Below are positions 56,320-64,000 of a stretch of DNA of 64,000 bases, in pieces; position 1 is the stretch's first letter, and every line of letters starts with the position of its first letter. Both the position numbers and the translations under genes were made by a program. Below the pieces are notes generated by a model. The model worked only from the letters and a program-made list of their open reading frames with translations. It made no database searches and was not told where the DNA came from. The DNA comes from the human T2T-CHM13v2.0 reference genome, Homo sapiens, in NCBI RefSeq assembly GCF_009914755.1, contig NC_060932.1. The stretch is one strand, 5' to 3'.

Positions 56320-57042
56320 AAAAAATTGTTAACTACTACAAGCATAAATATGAATATCTACTTACCTGCATTTCTGAAGCTAGACCATAAGTATTAACAG
56401 TGCTTATATCTACAGTCCCTGGCAGATAGTCGGTGTAAGAAATATAGATTAATTGAATGAATCATATGATCATGGTTAAGTTTCTTCTTTTGTGCGTTTT
56501 AGCATTTTTAAATTTTTACATTGATCATGTATTGCTTTTGAAATTTTAAAAAACCTGGCAAAATATAATTACGATAGAAACTGACATCAAAAAGCTTTGT
56601 AGCTGAAATAGTGTAATTTTACACTGAGTTTGAAACTTCTGATATCAGGAACTTTGATGAGCCTAATACAGGTGCTATACGGGATGAAGTGAATATGCTT
56701 AGAATTTTTGATGAAAACAAATCTGACTACTCAGGTTTCTCTATGAGAAGGGTAGGCAGTTTGATTTGTAATTATGGGAAGCTGAATGTGAGGCTTGGAT
56801 GAGGCTTTGTCAGTATCAGACCAGCTCCTTCCTATTGGGGGCTGAATTCCCTTGGGCTCTCCATCAGAGAGACCAACAGGAAGCAATCATGTAGTTCTTC
56901 CAACACACTCAGAAGTCAGTAGGTCCACTCCACAAATAAATTGTAATTGGCCATATAGTAAAATATTTGGTAGTGTTATTCTTGTCCTTTTCCATATGTA
57001 CAAGAGAGAAAAATAAAACAACTTCACATCCTCCTAAGCAAG

Positions 57043-57439
57043 TGATCGAGTTTAGATATTTGTCCCCTCCAAATCTCATGTTGAAATGCGACCTCCTCAT
57101 GTTGGAGGTGGGGCCTCACTGGAGGTGATTGGGTCATAGGTTCCCTCCCAGTGGTAATGAGTGAGTTCTTACTCTGTTAGTTCATGCAAGAATTGATGGT
57201 TTAAAAGAGTCTGGTGATTCTCTCCCCTCTCTCCTGCCTGTGCTCTCACCATGTGACATGTCTATTCCTCCTTCACCTTCCAGCATGATTGCAAGCTTCC
57301 TGAGTTCCTGACCAGAAGCAGATGCTGGCACCACGCTTTGTGTATAGCCTTTAGAACCATGAGCCAAATCAACCACTTTTCTTTATGAATTATTCAGTCC
57401 CAGGTATTCCTTTATAGCAACACAAAACAGGCAAATACC
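57043..57439 (+). mobile_element. MaLR solo LTR, MSTB-like
   Basis: tgatcgagtttagatatttgtcccctccaaatctcatgttgaaat...accagaagcagatgctggcacc...caggtattcctttatagcaacacaaaac. Confidence 0.9.
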
Positions 57440-58090
57440 GGAGCAACAGATCAGAATAAATAACGCTGAGAGGACCTGACCTGATTTGCTATAGGTATTG
57501 TTCTAGGGTAGCCCCTGGTATCCATTGAAGACTCTGACCGTGAGCTCTGCCTGCATTAATATAACTGGACCAAAGGAAACAGAACTTTAGTTTTATGAAT
57601 GGGTGTCTCTCCAAACAATTTTTCCTGGCTGAGCTTTGTTCATTAACATTTTTCAATTTCTAAAGAACAAATAATCTCCATTTCTCTTTTTATGTCCGGC
57701 CCACTCTCCTGATAGATATAACCTCCCTCCTGTTTAGTTCCATGAATTGTACTCCAGCTGCCCAAACCTGAGAAAAGGAATTAATGACTCATTCTCTCTG
57801 TTGAGTGAGGGCTTATTCCAGCTGGCTCGCGCTATTCTGTGTGTATGGATTCTGTCAGCAGGGTTGAAATAAGATGTTAACTGGCAGTTATTCATTAATT
57901 TACAGCAAGAACAATGACTTGACTATATGTCAACCATTTCTGAAACATTTTGACTAACATTTTTCCTGTTGCTTAGAACTGAACTTAAAAGCTGGGACAG
58001 GCATATGGAAAGAAGCAAGGATCCCCAGTTATGCTGATTGGAACTAGGACTAATGGTTTTAACACAGAATGTTTATGCATGTAGAATGAA

Positions 58091-58092
<2 letters not shown>

Positions 58093-58127
<35 letters not shown>
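58093..58127. repeat. (CA)~17 microsatellite
   Basis: Direct reading. Confidence 0.97.
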
Positions 58128-58133
<6 letters not shown>

Positions 58134-58299
58134 CACATACAAGGGGTCATACTTTATGTTTGCATTTTCCTCTAAAAGTATCCCTAAGAGTATTTGTGGT
58201 TAGTACTACATTTTTTTCATCATAGTTTGTTTAAAAGATAAAGCAGATATTATAATTATTTTCTTTACAGGTGGGAATGAGTTAAACAATAATTAACTG

Positions 58300-58500
58300 A
58301 ACAAAAGCAATGTCCAGGTACTGCAAAACTTTACATAAATTACTCCTATTCATTTTCACAGCAACCCTCTGAAGTAAATGGTATTATCCCAACTTACAGA
58401 TGTGGAAACTAATACTAATTAACTTACCTAGAATCGAGGTGGCAGAGCCAAGACACGAATTCAAGTTTCTCTTCCTCAAATTTAACATTCTTTCTTGTAC
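58300..58500 (-). mobile_element. MIR fragment
   Basis: cacagcaaccctctgaagtaaatggtattatcccaacttacagatgtggaaact...gtggcagagccaagac. Confidence 0.75.
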
Positions 58501-59663
58501 AAATGTAAATGTTCTTTAAAAATGAATACATAATGGCAGGATTCATATCAATTTTCTGCCAGAATTACCATGTTTACCTGAAGTAAAATATGCTCATAAA
58601 CAAAGCAGAAAGTGCAGCTGGTGCTTACATCTAGGATGATTAACTGGCATGTACAGAATTTTTTTTTCCTTCAATTGCAAAGTGAATGCAGTAAAATTAC
58701 AGGGCAATGGGTTTCTTCCCACACAAGACAAGGTGATCTGAATGATATAGAAGAGAAATGCCACATGTGGAAATAATATATCAAGGATTTATTACGTGTC
58801 TGTGGTCATTCTTAAGGTCATTTTTGATGTCTACACATTTCAGCATTTGAGAAGTTGTATATTACATGCATACAAACCCATATTCAAATATACAATTGGC
58901 TAAACAAGTATTTGTTTTAATAAAGTAGTAATAATAAAATATTTATAGCAAAGGAGACAAGACTCAGGACTGAGAGGAAAAACTCAATTAAAAAAAAGAC
59001 AACAATACTTAAATCTCTTGATGCATCTACTTAGCAATGTCTACAATAGCTTTTTTAACACTATCAGAATATAGAGCATAAATTATAATGTTTATCCTGC
59101 TTTTAAAGGAAAATTTTTCTCTTATGCAATCATGGTGGGAGAAAAGAATTCTTAACGTGATTATTTGTCTCATATTTTATTTTAGGATTCTGTTAGTGTT
59201 TTTAGGATTCTATCAATGCAAGGTGTAAGAACATGTCCTGGCAGTTGAAGGAAAGACTAAGGAAAAAGATGAAAGAGAAGTGTCGCATCCCTTACCCTCC
59301 TTTTAAAGAAATGCTGAAGTTGCTGAGCAGAAGGTGCCACAGTCATGTCCCTTAATTTATCCCTCAACCTTTTCCAGAAGTAAAGTGACTACACCTAAGC
59401 TCAGACAGTGACAGTCGTGGGAGAAAAGCTTTATAGGAACAGTGATAGGAATAAAAGTGTGTGCATTGGGATAGATGTATTTTTTAATTACAGAAGTAAC
59501 TACTAATCTATATAAGAGAGGCTCCTTCCACTCTCAGAGCTTCCAACTTAACCATCTGTGAAGAGTAGGTCCTTCAAAACCAACTGTAGCGGCAAAGTTC
59601 TGAGGTGATATTTCCAGACTCAGCAGATAGGAACAGGCATGCTAGGTGAGATATGGCAGGGAA

Positions 59664-59710
59664 TATTAGTCAGGGTTCTCCAGAGGGACAGAACCAATTT
59701 GTGTGTGTGC

Positions 59711-59743
<33 letters not shown>

Positions 59744-60131
59744 ACAGAGACAGACAGAAAGAGAGTGCTTTAGTTTAAGGAATTGGCTCACAATTATGGA
59801 GACTGGCAAATCTAAAATCTTCAGGCTGGGTTGGCAGTCTAGAGACTCAGGAAAAGCTGATGTTGCAGTTTAAGTTCATAAGATTTCTGTTGTCAGAATT
59901 CTCTCTTGTTTGGGGAGAGGTCAGTCTTTTGTTCTATTCAGATCTTCAACCGATTGAATCAGCCCCACTCACCTTATGGAGGACAATTTGCTTGACTCGA
60001 AGTTCATTGATTTAAATGTAAATCTTGTCTGAAAACACCCTCCTAGAAATATTCAGAATAACGTTTGACAAAATATCCAGGGACCAGGGACCATGGCCCA
60101 GCCAAGTTGACACATTGAACTGACCATTACA
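59664..60131 (-). mobile_element. MLT2 (ERVL) LTR with internal (TG)n
   Basis: tattagtcagggttctccagagggacagaacc...aaggaattggctcac...ggcccagccaagttgacacattgaactgaccattaca. Confidence 0.88.
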
Positions 60132-60259
60132 AGTCTAGTTGGCACCCATATACATCTCCTTAAGCCATTCTTAATCTCCAAATGTGGTCACATTCTGAGG
60201 AACTGGTGGTTACAGCTTCAACATATGCATTTTGAGGAGATACAGTGTAGTCCACATCA
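60132..60259 (-). mobile_element. Short ERVL-internal remnant fused to an MLT1 LTR end
   Basis: ttggcacccatatacatctccttaagccattcttaatctccaaat (ERVL-int next to LTR) followed by ggtcacattctgaggaactggtggttacagcttcaacatatg (MLT1 terminus). Confidence 0.6.
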
Positions 60260-61110
60260 TGGAGGTAGCCCTAGAATTTTTTTGTTTCCATTCCTATTGG
60301 CAGAGACAATTGAGGAAAAGGGAAAGTTCCCTTTCATTTATTTTACTCTCCTGCACATCTAATCTTTAAGGAGAGAATAGAATGAGAGTTGGGGCACAAA
60401 ACAAGGATTGAAGGGCAGCTGACTTGAGTCCACGTAGCCCCAGAACAAAGCAAAGGGACATTAGATTAGTGGGGTAGTAGAGATTAAAGAAGTAAACAGA
60501 ATTGAAACTGGCAGAAGATAGGGTCATTGTAGAGTGGAAAAACATATCTGAAACATGGTTGTTAAGTCATAAGCTAATATTTGGAAAGACAGACTCCACT
60601 TACTTTTTTCCAATAGATATATATTTACTAAAATCTTGGGAAAGCTAAGCTTATGATCAGGTGTAACCAGGCCATATCCCTTGGGTCCCAAAGTCAATAA
60701 GCAGGGATGGGTCATGCCACTCAGAAAAGAGAAGAGATGTTTCGATCTGTGGATTGTTATCATCTGCAACCCAGGAGGCTCTTTGATTCTTCATATCACA
60801 TTATTTTTACCTGAGGATTGTAGATACCCTACAGTCTTAAAGCCTCTGGCCAATCTGCCTTGGAACCACAGGATACATTAGGCAAGGTCTGGGGCTGGCT
60901 TTGACAAAGGACACAGTATTGCTGGCAGAAGAAATCACTCTTAAAGGGAATATAGATGCTACTGTGAGAGACTGATCAACTAATTAAGATCTTGTTGAAG
61001 ATTCTCAAATTGAGTTTGAGCTTGTTGACAAAAACCAGGCTTAGGCAGAGGGATGATGATCCTGAGAGCATCCTATCTCCATCAATAGGAGTATGTTTTC
61101 AACCTAGTGG

Positions 61111-61424
61111 TTTTTTTTTTTTAATTTTTATTTTAGGTTCCAGGGTACATATGCAGATTTGTTATATAGGTAAACTAATGTCATAGGGGTTTGTAATACA
61201 GGTTACTTCATCACCCAGGGATTAAGCCTGTTACCCAATAGGTATTTTTTCTGATCCTCTCCCTCCTCCTACCCTCCACCCTCCACCCTCAAGTAGGCCC
61301 CAGTGTCTCTTTTTCACCTCTATGTGTCCATGAGTTTTCATCCTTTAGCTCCCGCTTATTAGTGAGAACATGTAGTATTTGGTTTTCTGTTCATGTGTCA
61401 GTTTGCTAAGGATGTTGGCCTCCA
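61111..61424 (-). mobile_element. L1PA13/14-like 3'-end fragment
   Basis: Poly(T); ttttaggttccagggtacatatgcagatttgttatataggtaaac...ccctcaagtaggccccagtgtc. Confidence 0.88.
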
Positions 61425-64000
61425 TTCTTGCCATGAAAAACAACAGGAAAATAAAGCACTACCCTTGAGCATGCCTCTAGAACTTGAGGTTCAAGAACAA
61501 CAGAAGAGTGGCAGAAAACTATATCTTAAATATATTCTTTATCTTTTGTCAGTCCTCAATCTGGCAAGAACATTGCTGCTACCTGACCTCATAGACATGC
61601 ATTTGAACTCCTACTTTTAGTATCTGCTCTAAGATCTGATTTAAGAACAGATAGTAGAATAGAATAAGCTTGGTTCTCTAGGTATCAATTTTCCCAAATT
61701 TCACAGTAGTTCTATGTACAATCACATTGTATATTATAAAATATATGTTTAACTGTCACATGCAAGTATATTTCAGTTTTTAAAAGCTCAAGGTGCATGC
61801 TGATAGTCACTATAAATAAATAAATACATATGTCAACATCTCCCTATCCCCAATTCCTCCCTCATCAAAAACTAAATAAAGGGCAAATGAATAAATAAAT
61901 AAAAATGTTTAAACTGCTGACCTTCCTGTCAACAAAGGTGATGTGAGTTACAAGAATCTGTTTTCTAGCTGGAGATGTGGGCGCAGTCATGAGTATGCCT
62001 CCACCATTAACAGCACTAAACCCAACGTACTCACAAACAACAGCTGCATGAAAAGGCCAAGCTTAGTATCATGTGTAATTTATGAGAGCTTGTTAAAACA
62101 CATACATGCACACAAAGTTGAATGAATAATACCAGGTGATGGTTAGGAAACAGAAAATTCCTGAAGCATCTCTTCTTTTTAATGAAGTATCAAAAATACT
62201 GTTTTATTAAAATCGGGAGAAAAAAGGCTTTAGGCCAAGTGTGTTGGGCTGGCCTTGCAACTCTACTTCGGTTACAAATTTAAAGGCCAAAGAGTTAGAG
62301 ATTGTGTATATGGGTATGTGTGTTGCAGGGTGGGGTGTGGGACATGTCAATACAATAGGTAAAATGAATGGTGGATTGTGTCTGGGATAATGTGGCATAT
62401 TTTATCTCAAATCCCAACCTTATCTCCCAATAGGAGATTTGGATCATGAGCAAGATTTGGCTTAGGCTAGTTTTCAATTCCCAGGATTCCAGCTCCTTCA
62501 TAGCACCACCCTTATGCTTACTAATCCCTTCATCTTTAAGACACCTGGATAATGAGCTATCTGCATGGTTGGAAATAGTCTGGGTTTGTTCTAAATTTTA
62601 CATTAGATAACAGGTCAGCACAAAATAATGGGAGGGGGAAATTAGAAAACATTAAGTCTTATTTCATGTCATGTGATACAGTATATATGTATTTTTTTTA
62701 ATAAAAGAAAGTGACATATATTGTAGTTCAATTGGATATTTACATTTCATGTAGACCATAATGGTAGCGGTAATTATAGAAATCTTAGCAACTTTCAAAG
62801 GAAATTTTTCCCAGCAAGATGACTGACAAAATTTTTGAAAGTAATAGAGAGAAACTGAGGCATAAAATTTACCTGAAAGCAGTCCTGTTTAAATTGGACA
62901 AAATAATTACCTTTTCTTACATCCCTCTTTTAGAGTTTTCCTAATATCATTTAATACATAGATAGTACTAGAAAGAAAAAGACATTTTAAATTAAGACCA
63001 ATGTGAAGCATTATACCAATTTAGTATCATTTTGCCCATTACCCTTATAGAAACTAAAAATAGAATGAGTGCTCAGAGTTTGTACTGTAACTGCCTGCCA
63101 CTTACATGGGATAACTATTTTTAGTTCCATCGTCCTTATTAAAGGCTTTCATTATGAGTTCATTTATGGAAATGTTATCTCACAGAGTTTTTTTTGGAGA
63201 CTTTTCTGAGATCTCAAAATGAGGTCTCAGAAACATGATTAGAACATAGTCATTTAGTTTCCCAGCAAATGCTGATCCTTTCCAGGAAAGTTCTATAAAT
63301 AAGGAACCAAAGCTGGTTGTCAGTAATTTGAAGTAGCTGGGTTGGACCGTGAATATTAATATGTAAATTATAGCTTGTGCCATCTATACACAACCAGGAT
63401 TGTATGCATATCTTCCCATGGTTTATTTTAAGTCTGAATTTGCATACAAACACTGGTCTAATTGAGTTTTTAAAAAAAATTCTTAAGAGATGCCATGTGT
63501 TACTTAAAGATGTTTTGTTTTGAAACTTTGTGATAGGTAAGATCCACTAATGTTTGTAAAATTTACCATTTGTAGGAAATATTCTATTCTCAGTAATTCC
63601 TGGTGAAAGTGGTAGGTGGGTTAGAGATCATAAAATCCAGTCTTCACGGGACCAAGCTGGAACATGGCTGGGTAGCTGGTGGGGTAGTGACAGCCCTGCT
63701 TCAAGGAGAGATCAGAAATGAGGGATGAGACTGAGTGCAAAGTCAAGGTCAACACAGGCTAATCTTGGCTTTTGGCTACTTTTCTGTAAAGAGTAATGTT
63801 TCTCTATTTGAAGGAGTGATTTTAATTCAGAAGTATATTGGAAAAGTGAAAGAATTCCTAGAGAAAAGTTAATCCCAGACAAGATAGTGAATGACATATA
63901 GTTTATTATCCAGTGACCTTTAGCACAACAACTACACATATGCGCAAGCATAACTGCTGGGCTGCTCTGGAGTTCGCCAGAAACCCCTTGCCCTTAGTTT

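Noticed and set aside
56360-56370. Perfect - strand donor CAG|GTAAGTA (similarly GAG|GTGAGTA at ~40273-40283)
   Set aside because: No convincing paired acceptor or reading frame found.

Overview
AT-rich, CpG-depleted primate DNA, most likely hominoid because it carries an L1PA4-type LINE and AluY copies; human is plausible but not provable from this window. It reads as intronic or intergenic. I find no credible cellular protein-coding exon: every long ORF is LINE-1 ORF1/ORF2 debris, an Alu read-through or a dinucleotide-repeat artefact. Recognisable content: a near full-length L1PA8A/L1PA10-like element (- strand, 10.6-17.4 kb, two nested Alus), an old near full-length L1M (+, 20.3-25.9 kb), a 5'-truncated L1PA4 (-, 44.1-46.6 kb), ten Alus, MaLR/ERVL/ERV1 LTRs, MER2/MER53/MER94 DNA transposons, MIR/L2 relics and microsatellites. 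I cannot support a new biological system here. Best second-look items: (1) a tail-to-tail inverted AluY pair about 100 bp apart that keeps most CpGs despite many non-CpG substitutions and shares derived variants; (2) a perfect 48-bp palindrome at 19727-19774; (3) a STAT/IRF/ETS motif cluster ending in a splice donor at 2.2-2.4 kb; (4) a hairpin plus donor just outside the L1 5' end; (5) an MLT2/ERVL-MLT1 chimera. Subfamily calls come from remembered consensus motifs, and boundaries of old repeats are approximate.
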